Source: Candidatus Saccharimonadales bacterium (GTDB lineage: Bacteria; Patescibacteriota; Saccharimonadia; Saccharimonadales; EFPC-124). From it: DNA of 64,000 nt. The stretch spans positions 498,659 to 562,658 of the forward strand of contig DATIBO010000006.1 in NCBI GenBank assembly GCA_035457485.1, read 5' to 3'. Positions within the stretch are counted from its first letter, which is position 1. Each line of letters begins with the position of its first letter. The notes below the pieces were generated by a model that ran no database searches, had not been told where the DNA came from, and worked only from the letters and a program-made list of their open reading frames with translations. Below are positions 44,427 through 53,730 of the stretch, in pieces. The position numbers and the translations under genes are program-made.

Positions 44427-47400
44427 ATGGAGGGGTCTGGGGTATTTATGCGTGAAGAAAAAATTAAACTAAGTAAGTTAAAATCTTATTTTTATAAAGC
44501 GTCGTTTTTTTGTATGGCGCTAATGTCGGTTTTATCGCTTGTGCCGACAGATGCGATAAAAGCAATCGCTCCTCCACATACAAACATCGAAGGTAGCGCT
44601 GAACCTATTGACGCCTCAAACATAGCCCCAATAAAAGAGACCGATAAAACTGAGGTCCCTGCGGCTGATTACGGTAAAGTTCCATTTGCCGACGGAATGG
44701 GTGCGCAAAACGCGCCCGAGCAAAATAAGAAAGATCGCAAAGAGCTGTTTGAGGACGAAACAAAACGTACAGCTTTTTCGAACGAATATGTAAATAGCGA
44801 CGGAACTCGCACGATAAAAAGCTCGCCGGTTGATGCAATTAACTACAAAGAGGGTGATACTTGGCGCAAAATCGAGCATGTTGTAAACGATGATGAGGCG
44901 TACGTCCCAAGTAAAAACCTTGATGATTCCTCTTTTTGGGATTTTTTGCCCTGGACAAATAAGTCTAAAGCCGTAGACGCACAGGCGGGTCGAACAAAAG
45001 CTAAGCTAAGGCCGTTTGCCGAAGGTATTAGTTACGAAATGGGCGGTAAAACTTTTACACTTGAGCCGGTTGATGCGCGCAATGTTAAACCTAGAATTTC
45101 TACTGTTGCCGACGGGCGTGTCACGCTTATAACCTATGTGGATGCCTGGCCGGGCGTGGATGTTCTATATGAGTTGCACGGTGAATCGGTGAAAGAGTCA
45201 ATAATTATTAAAAACGCAAATGCGCGTACAGATTATGAGTTTAAGGTATCAGGCGCGACGCTTTTCGAGCATCCAACTATAAAAGGCGCTTTGGCGATTG
45301 AGGGGCTAGATCCAGAATTTTACATGATCTCTCCGCTTAGTGTGAATGTAAACAAGCAAGGTTTAACTACCGAGCAAGTTGCGGCGCAAACAACAGATGG
45401 TTCAAAAATTAAGGTTACCCTTGACCAAAAGTGGTTTTCAAGTCAGCCACAACAAAGTTTTCCAATAGTTATAGACCCCACTGTTTCTGTTAACTCTGCC
45501 GAGTATGGCTTTTATTCCTATAAATCCGATGGCTATTCTTGCACGGATGTACAATGCGGTGGTCCGAATGTTGGAGCGCTGTATGACAGTAGTTGGAAGA
45601 ATTGGCGCAGCCTAGTTAGGTTGCCATTTGAGCAGCTACGCGGAAAGCAATTGTTGTTTGCCGAGCTTGGAATGGACATGGCCCAGAGACCATATTGGAC
45701 AGGCACAACCGACGCCAAGACCATTTATACAACTTACGCTCAGTGTATCGGCTACCAATGCGCAAGTAACATTTGGCACAGTAGCGCGAGCATGGCTACA
45801 GGTGTTTGGATGAACATTACAAACACTATTCAAGGGATGATCGATGCTAATCAATGGGGTGGTTGGTTGATATTGTGGGGCGAAGAAGGCAACTCGACTT
45901 CTTACAAACAGCTAGAATATAGCACAATGGAGATTCGGCTCACCTATACAACCCCAGCACCTATAGCTCGGCCGGTTGAACCTTCAAATCAACAGGTAGT
46001 TGTAACAACCCAGCCAAACTTAAAAGTTGGCACAGTAGCCGATGCCGAGGGTGAGCAAGTTGAGTATAACTTTAAGCTTGCAACTGGGGCTGACGCTGAA
46101 TCTGGCACGGTTGCTGCTTCGGGTTGGTCGCCGTCTAATTTATGGACGGTTCCCGACGGTGTTTTACAAGATGGCGTGACGTATTATTGGCATACTTACA
46201 CTAAAGATGGGAACGTACAGACAAATCCGGATTGGGTTAGCTCGTTTAAAGTGGATATGAGAACCGGCAAAGACAGCACACAGGCTTACGATACGGTTGG
46301 TCCACTTAGTGTAGATATCGCTACCGGTAATTTAACTACTTCTAACGCTAGTCATTCTGTAAGTGCTTTAGGGGGATCGCTTGGCGTAGGAATGTCATAC
46401 AACTCGCCAATGCAATCTCGCCAAGGTTTGTACGGCGAATATTGGAACAACACAAACTTTAGTGGCAACCCTGTTTTGGGGCGTGTTGACCCTGAGGTTG
46501 ATTTTAAATGGGGTAACGGTTCGCCGGCTACAGGCGCGGTTAATGCAGATAACTTTGCTGTTCGTTGGACTGGCTATTTTGTAGCGCCAAGCACGGGTGA
46601 CTTTTACATTGGGGCAGATGTCGATGATTCTTATAACATTTATTTAAATAACCAACTTCATCATAGCCGCAGTGGCGCCGGTAGCGAATTTGGCGCAACG
46701 CCAGTTAGCTTAACAGAAGGCCAGATCATACCGATTAAGGTAGAAATGGTCGAAAATTACGGCTTAGCGGTTATGAGTTTGCGAATGAAAAAGGCCGGCG
46801 GTGAACCGCAAATTATTCCTAGCTCAATGTTGCAGACCGGCGTTAGACAAGTGGGTGCGCCGCATGGCTTGATTGGGCGTTACTACTATGATTCTGGTAA
46901 CCATAACTTTCCAACTAATCCAAACGAAGCGTTTTTGGTTCGAAACGACAGTTTAATATCTTTTAACTGGGGTTCTGGTTCTCCAGTTCCTAGCGGTCCA
47001 GCCAACGATTTCTTAGTTAGATGGACGGGTTATGTGACAGTTCCGGAAACAGGTGTATACCAATTTGGTTCAAGGGCTGACGATGGTGTTAGGATAAAAC
47101 TTGGAATTGGGTCGGGAGGATCCGATCAGACAGTTCATGATAAGTGGATTGACTCGAGTGCAGTTGATAGTTGGGGTGGCGATGTTAGCTTGACTGCCGG
47201 ACAGGTAATTCCGATAACAGTCGAGTATTACGAATACGGCGGCGATGCTGTTATGGAGCTAAAAGTTCGTCGCGCTGCAGGTGTAGGTGAACAAACTTTG
47301 CCATCAACATGGTTAATTCCTAGTACTATGGCTTTGCCAGCCGGCTGGAGCTTAAGCGTAGATCCTGATGGCGGTTTAAGCTACGACCGAATGAAATTGG

Positions 47401-50400
47401 TTGGCAACAACGTGGTTTTGTACGACTCAACAGGTAGCACTCATGAATACACGTGGACGGGCAGTGGCTACAAACCGCCACTTAACGAAGACGGGTACTT
47501 AGTTCGCAATCAAGACGGCACTTACACAATGCAAGATGTAGATGGCCGAACTTACGTGTTTAACGCAGACGGAACTTTAAAAGAAACAGTCACGCCAACA
47601 GATGACCGCAAACCTGCGGCCCTTAAGTACGAATACACCGGAACGCCTTCGCGTTTAACAAAAATCATCGATGGAGTGACGAACGATAGGTTTACCAGCC
47701 TACATTACAGCGGCGATAGTGAGTGTAGTGGCGCACCGAGCGGATTCGACGCGCAAGCTCCTGCGGGCATGCTTTGTGCTGTAAAAACCAGCGACAATGC
47801 GGTTACAAAAATCTGGTATAAACAAAATAGGTTGGCCAGAATCGTACGCCCGGGCGGCGAGACGACTGACTACGGTTACGACACATTTGGCCGAATTGTA
47901 TCTGTCCGTGACCCGCTAGCAAGTGATGCTTTGGCGGCCGGCGTCCGAAGTGACAACGACGAGCTTTTAACTCAGGTAGCTTACGATTCAATTGGTCGCG
48001 TTAGTGCGCTTACTCAGCCAGCGGCCACAGCCGGAGCGAACCGATTGCAAAAAACTTACGATTACGGCTCTTCGGCAAACGCAATTTGGTATGACCCAAC
48101 AATTGTTACTGGCGAGACTCCAGCTGGCAATCCGGCATTAGTCAATTTTGGGCCAGGTAAGCTGGCAATGTTTGCGCGCTTTGGCGCCGACGAACTTAAG
48201 TATCGTTTTTACGAAAACGGTGCCTGGGGTGATTGGCTTTCGCTCGGAACGTGTATGCGTAGCGATCCTGCGGCAGCAAGTTGGACAGCAAACAGAATAG
48301 ATGTGTTTATTAGGGGTTGTGACGACCAGCTCTACACTCGCGTTTACATCGATGGCACCTGGAACGGCTTTGTAGCCTTGGGTAGTAACCAAATATCCTC
48401 GTCGCCATCTGCTACAACTTGGGGCAATGCACGTATTGATGTTGTGGCACGCGCGACCGACAACCGACTAATGCACCGAAACCTTTCAGCTACCGGCTGG
48501 TCAAACTTTAGCTACCTCGATGGCTGTTTGTCGGATGCGCCAAGCGTTTCTACCTGGGGCTACGATCGCCTGAATGTTTTTGCTAATGGCTGCGACAATC
48601 CGTCTACGGTCTATACCCGCAATTACTCTGCTGGCTGGCAAAACTTTCAGCAGACAACCGACCAAAAAATAACTTCGGCACCACAATCTGTTAGCGCTTT
48701 AGATAAAAAAATTCATATGGCAGCTAAAGGCCCGGCCAACGAGCTACGGTACTTAAACGGTTATGAATACAACGCAAACGATCTCAAGTGGTCGTGGCAA
48801 ACGCTGCAGCCATGTATGCAAGGATCGCCTGCAATAACAATGGACGGCACAACGGTAGCTATAGTTTATAAAGGCTGTGACGGCAAAATGTACCAAACGC
48901 GCCGCGCCCAACAGGGAACAACCAAAGTACACGTAACCGGTGATTCTGAACCAAACGGCTACAACACTAAGGTTCAATACGACAACCTGTTTAGAACAAT
49001 CAAAAACTACGACAAAACTGGCAATGTAACCGTTAGTGAATGGGACTCAGTTAAAGATTTACTACTAAGCACTACTGGCGCAACTGGCCAAAAATCTACC
49101 ACAATTTACGACGTCGATGACCGCGCAACCGATAGCTACGGCGCAGCTCCCAAAGAATGGTTTGGTAGCGATCGCAAACCACTAGCGGCAAACGTAAACC
49201 AGGTGCCACATGTAGAAACAAAATTCGACGAAGGTATTTGGGGCCCGCAAGTCACCTGGTACAACTTTAAGCAAGGTAATCCAAGCACAACCGGTAGTTT
49301 TGTCGGCGCACCAAAACTGCATACAACAGGTTTTGGTGACGCAGCCGGTAGCCACGTTTGGGCAAAAAACATGGCAACTGCACCGATCACCGCAGACGCA
49401 GGTATGGATGGAATTGGCTTTTCGGCCACAGGTAAGCTACGCGTTACACAAACCGGCACGTACACAATTACCAGCAATCACGACGACGCCGCTCGCGTTT
49501 GGGTAGATGACAAATTAGTTTTCGACCGTTGGAGTAGGCGAACCGAAACTCAAGATCAAGTTTCGGGCCAAGTGTCCCTGCAAGCTGGCAAAGTTTACCG
49601 TTTACGCTACGACTACGCTAACATTGGCGCAGCTGGTTACATGGACTTGCAGCTAAACGGCCCAGGCCGCAGTGCCCCATTAAACCACTGGACCAACTAC
49701 TTAGCACCAGGCTACAACCTAGCCACAACCAACAAAGTTTACGACGCAACATTAGGCGATATCGAGACTAAAACCAACTACGGCAGCGAACCACAATATG
49801 GTTTAGTACAAAGCGCAACGCTAGACCCAACCGGATTAAACTACTCTAGCGGTAGCACATTCGAAGCCCCAGGCACCGGCTTTTTGCGTCAAACCAGCAA
49901 AACCCTGCCAGGCGGAGGCACAACCACCTACACCTACAACAGCGCAACCGAAACCGCCGACAACCCTTGCACCGGCCCAACCGAAGCCATACATCAAGCT
50001 GGGTTTATAAAACAAAAAATCGAAGCCGATCCAGATGGCGCCGGCACCCAAACCGCACGAACGCAAAGCACAGTTTATGATGCGGCTGGGCGAGCGGTGG
50101 CAGTCCGGTTTAACAACGATCCGTGGACATGTACTACTTTCGATACCCGCGGCAGAGTAACCCAAGCCACTATTCCAACGATAAACGGACGTGCTGGTAG
50201 AACCACCACAACAACCTATAGCTACACGGGCAATCCATTTAAAACACAAACCGTTGATTCTGTCGCCGGCACCACTGAATCCGAAATTGACCTTCTTGGC
50301 CGAGCTGTTTCTAGCATCGACGTATTTGGTAACGTTTCTACCTTGGCTTACGACAACCTTGGCCGAGTAACCACTAAAACCTCACCAATAGGAACCGAAG

Positions 50401-52199
50401 GCTTTAGCTACGATACTTACGGTCGCCCTACTGAATATCTTCTCAATAGTGTTAAATATGCGACGACAACCTACGACCAGTACTCCCGAGTTCAAGACAT
50501 AACCTACGACCAAGCCAAAGACGCCTCCAATAACAAACTAAAACTAGAACAGCTCAAACGCGACTCCCTCGACCGCAACACCGGTGCGGTCTTCAGATTC
50601 AGCAACGGCCTTGCCTTCGACGAATCTGTAACTCGTTCACAATCTGGCCTAGTAACGTCGTATTCTGACACCTTCGACGCCAAAACCGCTGGTGCAGCCT
50701 ACACCTACGACAAAGCCGGCCGCCTACTCGAAGCCACAGTAGATACAACAAAATACACCTACGGTTACGCGGCCCCAAGTTCTAGCGTTTGCAACCAAGC
50801 TAGTGCTAACCTAAACGCCAACAAAAATAGCAACCGCACCACCTACACCGTAACCAACACTCAGACCAGCCAAGTAGTTCAATCCCAATCCTACTGCTAC
50901 GACCAATCCGACCGCCTAATCTCCACCTCCGACTCACAAATTGGCACCCCAACCTACGACGACCACGGCAACACTGTCTCCCTCGCCGGCAACAGCAATC
51001 CAATTACCTTCACGTACGACGCTAGCGACCAAAACACTGCCATCGGGCAAGGCCAGAACAAGGTAGAATACCTAAAAACTGCTGTCGGCTCAGTTCTCCG
51101 CAAAAAAGAATACGAAAATAATGTTCTTGTACGTTCCTACCGCAACCTCTCCGGTGGTTCCGTAATGCAGAGCTGTTCCCTAACCAACGACTCCGACTGC
51201 CAAACCACCGACACATACCTAAGTCTCCCCGGCGGCCTAACCCTAACCCTCTCACCAACCAACCCAGACACAAACAAACAAATCGTATATAGCATAAAGA
51301 ACTTCCACGGAGACAGTGCAATCACTGCTAGTTCAACTGGACTTCCAACATCTTCCGTCTTCCTCTACGAACCCTTCGGCCAAGCTACTTCTTCTACAAC
51401 ATTCAGTACTAACTCCAATCCTCAAAACAGCTCTAACCAAACACTAGGTTGGGCTGCAAGCCCAACCAGAAAACAAGAATCCTTGTTCTCTATACCAATA
51501 GTACAAATGGGAGCTAGAGTATACCTACCTACACTAGGACGCTTCCTCCAAGTAGACCCAATCGAAGGAGGAACAGCCAATTCGTATGTGTATGCGGGGG
51601 ATCCGGTGAATGCGGATGACTATAGTGGGATGGCGATACCGCAGAAGGGTAATGCTAAGTGGTTAAATAATTATCCCCACTATCCTCTTGTCTACCAGCA
51701 ACCTATTATCTATCCGTTAATTAACGTCAGACCAAAACCTGCCATGCCGCAAGATGCCGGTGGACTAGTCGCTGGCGCAATATCCTTGTCTGGCGATGTT
51801 TCTAGCGGATTTAAACGCCAATCTTCCGTATATGGCCAACAATTACAACGGGGCTCGAGTATAGCAGGTCGGAATTTACGGTCCGTTAGTCAGCTGGCTA
51901 AAAACCCCGCTATTCGTGCGGTTGGAAAATACGCAGGACCGATAGGGGCTAGTGTAGAGTTTGCCGGAAACTACTTCGCTGGTGACAGTCTAGGGCGCAA
52001 TGTATTAAAGACTGGCGGGGGAGTGGCCTTAGGGGGAGCGGGTGTATTCGTTGGAGGTGTGGCTTGCGGGACTGTATCCTTAGGTACTGGCGGAATTGCT
52101 GCGGTTACATGCCCTGTTCTGGTGGGTGGATTAGGGGCTGCTGGTTCAGTGGCTGGAAATAAGTTTGGAGAGGGTCTTGCTGATGTGTTTGGATGGTAA
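44427..52199 (+). CDS. giant secreted RHS/YD-repeat polymorphic toxin (2590 aa) with three PA14 domains and a lectin-like beta-propeller
   Basis: N-terminal signal/anchor (FFCMALMSVLSLVP). There are more than 12 YD repeats (YGYDTFGRIV, AYDNLGRVT, TYDKAGRLLE and others). The core end is RVYLPTLGRFLQVDPIEGGTANSYVYAGDPVNADDYSGM, followed by a variable C-terminal tip. ATG 44448 is an alternative start. Confidence 0.9.
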   Translation: MEGSGVFMREEKIKLSKLKSYFYKASFFCMALMSVLSLVPTDAIKAIAPPHTNIEGSAEPIDASNIAPIKETDKTEVPAADYGKVPFADGMGAQNAPEQNKKDRKELFEDETKRTAFSNEYVNSDGTRTIKSSPVDAINYKEGDTWRKIEHVVNDDEAYVPSKNLDDSSFWDFLPWTNKSKAVDAQAGRTKAKLRPFAEGISYEMGGKTFTLEPVDARNVKPRISTVADGRVTLITYVDAWPGVDVLYELHGESVKESIIIKNANARTDYEFKVSGATLFEHPTIKGALAIEGLDPEFYMISPLSVNVNKQGLTTEQVAAQTTDGSKIKVTLDQKWFSSQPQQSFPIVIDPTVSVNSAEYGFYSYKSDGYSCTDVQCGGPNVGALYDSSWKNWRSLVRLPFEQLRGKQLLFAELGMDMAQRPYWTGTTDAKTIYTTYAQCIGYQCASNIWHSSASMATGVWMNITNTIQGMIDANQWGGWLILWGEEGNSTSYKQLEYSTMEIRLTYTTPAPIARPVEPSNQQVVVTTQPNLKVGTVADAEGEQVEYNFKLATGADAESGTVAASGWSPSNLWTVPDGVLQDGVTYYWHTYTKDGNVQTNPDWVSSFKVDMRTGKDSTQAYDTVGPLSVDIATGNLTTSNASHSVSALGGSLGVGMSYNSPMQSRQGLYGEYWNNTNFSGNPVLGRVDPEVDFKWGNGSPATGAVNADNFAVRWTGYFVAPSTGDFYIGADVDDSYNIYLNNQLHHSRSGAGSEFGATPVSLTEGQIIPIKVEMVENYGLAVMSLRMKKAGGEPQIIPSSMLQTGVRQVGAPHGLIGRYYYDSGNHNFPTNPNEAFLVRNDSLISFNWGSGSPVPSGPANDFLVRWTGYVTVPETGVYQFGSRADDGVRIKLGIGSGGSDQTVHDKWIDSSAVDSWGGDVSLTAGQVIPITVEYYEYGGDAVMELKVRRAAGVGEQTLPSTWLIPSTMALPAGWSLSVDPDGGLSYDRMKLVGNNVVLYDSTGSTHEYTWTGSGYKPPLNEDGYLVRNQDGTYTMQDVDGRTYVFNADGTLKETVTPTDDRKPAALKYEYTGTPSRLTKIIDGVTNDRFTSLHYSGDSECSGAPSGFDAQAPAGMLCAVKTSDNAVTKIWYKQNRLARIVRPGGETTDYGYDTFGRIVSVRDPLASDALAAGVRSDNDELLTQVAYDSIGRVSALTQPAATAGANRLQKTYDYGSSANAIWYDPTIVTGETPAGNPALVNFGPGKLAMFARFGADELKYRFYENGAWGDWLSLGTCMRSDPAAASWTANRIDVFIRGCDDQLYTRVYIDGTWNGFVALGSNQISSSPSATTWGNARIDVVARATDNRLMHRNLSATGWSNFSYLDGCLSDAPSVSTWGYDRLNVFANGCDNPSTVYTRNYSAGWQNFQQTTDQKITSAPQSVSALDKKIHMAAKGPANELRYLNGYEYNANDLKWSWQTLQPCMQGSPAITMDGTTVAIVYKGCDGKMYQTRRAQQGTTKVHVTGDSEPNGYNTKVQYDNLFRTIKNYDKTGNVTVSEWDSVKDLLLSTTGATGQKSTTIYDVDDRATDSYGAAPKEWFGSDRKPLAANVNQVPHVETKFDEGIWGPQVTWYNFKQGNPSTTGSFVGAPKLHTTGFGDAAGSHVWAKNMATAPITADAGMDGIGFSATGKLRVTQTGTYTITSNHDDAARVWVDDKLVFDRWSRRTETQDQVSGQVSLQAGKVYRLRYDYANIGAAGYMDLQLNGPGRSAPLNHWTNYLAPGYNLATTNKVYDATLGDIETKTNYGSEPQYGLVQSATLDPTGLNYSSGSTFEAPGTGFLRQTSKTLPGGGTTTYTYNSATETADNPCTGPTEAIHQAGFIKQKIEADPDGAGTQTARTQSTVYDAAGRAVAVRFNNDPWTCTTFDTRGRVTQATIPTINGRAGRTTTTTYSYTGNPFKTQTVDSVAGTTESEIDLLGRAVSSIDVFGNVSTLAYDNLGRVTTKTSPIGTEGFSYDTYGRPTEYLLNSVKYATTTYDQYSRVQDITYDQAKDASNNKLKLEQLKRDSLDRNTGAVFRFSNGLAFDESVTRSQSGLVTSYSDTFDAKTAGAAYTYDKAGRLLEATVDTTKYTYGYAAPSSSVCNQASANLNANKNSNRTTYTVTNTQTSQVVQSQSYCYDQSDRLISTSDSQIGTPTYDDHGNTVSLAGNSNPITFTYDASDQNTAIGQGQNKVEYLKTAVGSVLRKKEYENNVLVRSYRNLSGGSVMQSCSLTNDSDCQTTDTYLSLPGGLTLTLSPTNPDTNKQIVYSIKNFHGDSAITASSTGLPTSSVFLYEPFGQATSSTTFSTNSNPQNSSNQTLGWAASPTRKQESLFSIPIVQMGARVYLPTLGRFLQVDPIEGGTANSYVYAGDPVNADDYSGMAIPQKGNAKWLNNYPHYPLVYQQPIIYPLINVRPKPAMPQDAGGLVAGAISLSGDVSSGFKRQSSVYGQQLQRGSSIAGRNLRSVSQLAKNPAIRAVGKYAGPIGASVEFAGNYFAGDSLGRNVLKTGGGVALGGAGVFVGGVACGTVSLGTGGIAAVTCPVLVGGLGAAGSVAGNKFGEGLADVFGW
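46425..46838 (+). other. PA14-like domain 1 within the RHS protein
   Basis: GLYGEYWNNTNFSGNPV...DFKWGNGSP...FAVRWTGYFVAPSTGDFYIGADVDDSYNIYLNN. Confidence 0.7.
46862..47320 (+). other. PA14-like domain 2 within the RHS protein
   Basis: GLIGRYYYDSGNHNF...SFNWGSGSP...FLVRWTGYVTVPETGVYQFGSRADDGVRIKLG. Confidence 0.7.
48132..48915 (+). other. about six ~48-aa repeats resembling tectonin/PLL/fucose-lectin beta-propeller blades, embedded in the YD region
   Basis: Repeating pattern P(A/S)xxxW..(N/D)R(I/L)(D/N)VF(A/I)(R/N)G.D..L..R......W..(F/W)..LG. Confidence 0.55.
49241..49670 (+). other. PA14-like domain 3 within the RHS protein
   Basis: VTWYNFKQGNP...GFSATGKLRVTQTGTYTITSNHDDAARVWVDDKLVFDRW...GKVYRLRYDY. 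Confidence 0.6.
51339..51384 (+). repeat. 46-nt direct repeat, copy 1 (inside the RHS core 3' region)
   Basis: GGACTTCCAACATCTTCCGTCTTCCTCTACGAACCCTTCGGCCAAG is identical to 53169-53214. Confidence 0.9.
51633..52199 (+). other. RHS C-terminal variable tip: glycine-zipper, predicted membrane-inserting toxin domain
   Basis: It begins after DDYSGM. The tail GGGVALGGAGVFVGGVACGTVSLGTGGIAAVTCPVLVGGLGAAGSVAG has repeated GxxxG spacing. Confidence 0.45.
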
Positions 52200-52205
52200 C
52201 CTTAA

Positions 52206-52589
52206 ATGTTACAATATATTGGTATGAATATAGAAAGCACCCTATACCCATTGGCTTTACTCGTCTTATCATTTTTTTCGATATGGGCCTTGTTAAGTAT
52301 GAAATCTCTCTATACTGATCCAAAGCGACTTCCAATAACACCTCCGGCATGGTGGCCATACAGTAAAAAGGGATGGCGAAACTGGGCTAGGGCGGCACCT
52401 ACTTTTGTGGCGTATGCGGTTCCAGGTATAATCGGAGGAACAATTGCCGAGTATGGGGACCTCTCCAACCCAATAGTTCGAGTGCTATTTTTATTGTGCG
52501 GATTTTTGATGTTTTTCGGGCTTATAATTGGCCTTATTGTTGCTTTCATCGGTCGTCCGAAATGGCTCATACCTAAACATTTGAGGTAA
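52206..52589 (+). CDS. polytopic membrane protein, candidate RHS immunity protein
   Basis: 127 aa with 3-4 TM segments, starting 7 nt after the RHS stop. An alternative leaderless start is ATG 52224, 8 nt after TGTTACAAT (52207-52215). Confidence 0.45.
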   Translation: MLQYIGMNIESTLYPLALLVLSFFSIWALLSMKSLYTDPKRLPITPPAWWPYSKKGWRNWARAAPTFVAYAVPGIIGGTIAEYGDLSNPIVRVLFLLCGFLMFFGLIIGLIVAFIGRPKWLIPKHLR

Positions 52590-52688
52590 AATTATCGTAC
52601 TCGTAATCGTAAGGGTTACTCAATCTTCAAACCTGGTAATAGAGCACGCAGATTATACAATTAACTTCGAAGGAAGCACAGAGGTAAA

Positions 52689-52961
52689 TTGGTCATGGTA
52701 AAAAATAAGAAAGCTCTAACAATAACTTTAATAACAATTGCAGCACTTAGTCTAACCGCTTACATTGCTGTAAAAATCTTAGAATACGAGAACCAAAAGA
52801 ATACCTATGCTCAGGAAGCTATGGAATATGGAGCTAAAGTACTTGTTGATGAATGCTTGAAAGAAGGCAAATCTAACGAAGCATGCCAAAACCTAGAAAT
52901 AAGTCGGAGCGAAACTGAATGCATGGGACAGACATGTTGGATAGTTTATGGCATTGAATAG
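52689..52961 (+). CDS. small TM-anchored Cys-containing protein
   Basis: 90 aa with an N-terminal TM helix and 4 Cys in the ectodomain. The start is ambiguous (TTG 52689 or ATG 52695). Confidence 0.35.
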   Translation: MVMVKNKKALTITLITIAALSLTAYIAVKILEYENQKNTYAQEAMEYGAKVLVDECLKEGKSNEACQNLEISRSETECMGQTCWIVYGIE

Positions 52962-53126
52962 AATAGGAGGCTACGACGCTAGTATTATCGTAAGCAAAGT
53001 CTACGAAAAATATAAGTCCTATAACTACTTACGTAACACAGGAGTACAGTAAGGCCTTTAGCAAGCAAGTCGGTGCTAATTAGCTCAATTGCTGACTGAT
53101 GTGTTTCAAATACATCAAGAATATAG

Positions 53127-53294
53127 TGGCAATCGTCCTATGCACCACCCAAAACCGCTAGCCCCACCGGACTTCCAACATCTTCCGTCTTCCTCTACGA
53201 ACCCTTCGGCCAAGTTGCGGTAGGAACGGAGGAGGGTGGTGACACCTATACAATCACACCAACTTGTGTTATATTTCGCAAAATAGTTAAGTAA
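53127..53294 (+). pseudogene. orphan RHS 3'-fragment (no start codon, decayed tip cassette)
   Basis: Its frame is continuous with the repeat: ...ASPTGLPTSSVFLYEPFGQVAVGTEEGGDTYTITPTCVIFRKIVK*. It is preceded by an in-frame TAG and lacks the DPxG-type core end. Confidence 0.5.
53169..53214 (+). repeat. 46-nt direct repeat, copy 2
   Basis: Identical to 51339-51384. Weaker similarity extends about 12 nt upstream (GCTAG...). Confidence 0.9.
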
Positions 53295-53303
53295 AGGACC
53301 TCT

Positions 53304-53591
53304 ATGAAGAGCCCGTGGATTGCTGGAATTTTAAACTTTATTCTCCCTGGAGTGGGCTATCTGTATCTTGGAATAAGAAAGCCATTTGCAATACTTTTAT
53401 TGGCAGGCGGGGCAGTAGTCTTCTTGTCGGGCCTCGACCCCGTTATAGGTGAATGCCTTACAGCTCTCAGTTTTACCCCGCTTTATGTCTTAGGTGGTAT
53501 TTTGATGGCAAGCGCATTTGCTGTGGATGCTGTCCTTGAGACCAAGAGACTTAACTCGCTTAAATCGAAAAACGATTCAAAAGAAAAATAA
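53304..53591 (+). CDS. small membrane protein (candidate orphan immunity)
   Basis: 95 aa with 3 TM segments and SD AAAGGA. It lies directly after the orphan RHS fragment. Confidence 0.45.
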   Translation: MKSPWIAGILNFILPGVGYLYLGIRKPFAILLLAGGAVVFLSGLDPVIGECLTALSFTPLYVLGGILMASAFAVDAVLETKRLNSLKSKNDSKEK

Positions 53592-53730
53592 GTGTAGAGT
53601 GTTTTTGAGCGGCGAAAAAGTTGCATGCCAAACGCCACCAGTGCTTTAATTAAATTAGTAAACTTTGTTGGCTTACAAAGCATTATGCTGTAACCAAAGT
53701 TACTAGTTAATTAAGTAATAAGGAGAAAGC

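Noticed and set aside
49136-51325. Multiple minus-strand ORFs (Arg/Gly/Cys-rich) within the RHS gene
   Set aside because: They are antisense to a long, motif-rich YD-repeat frame. Their biased composition reflects the Thr/Asn/Tyr-rich sense codons.
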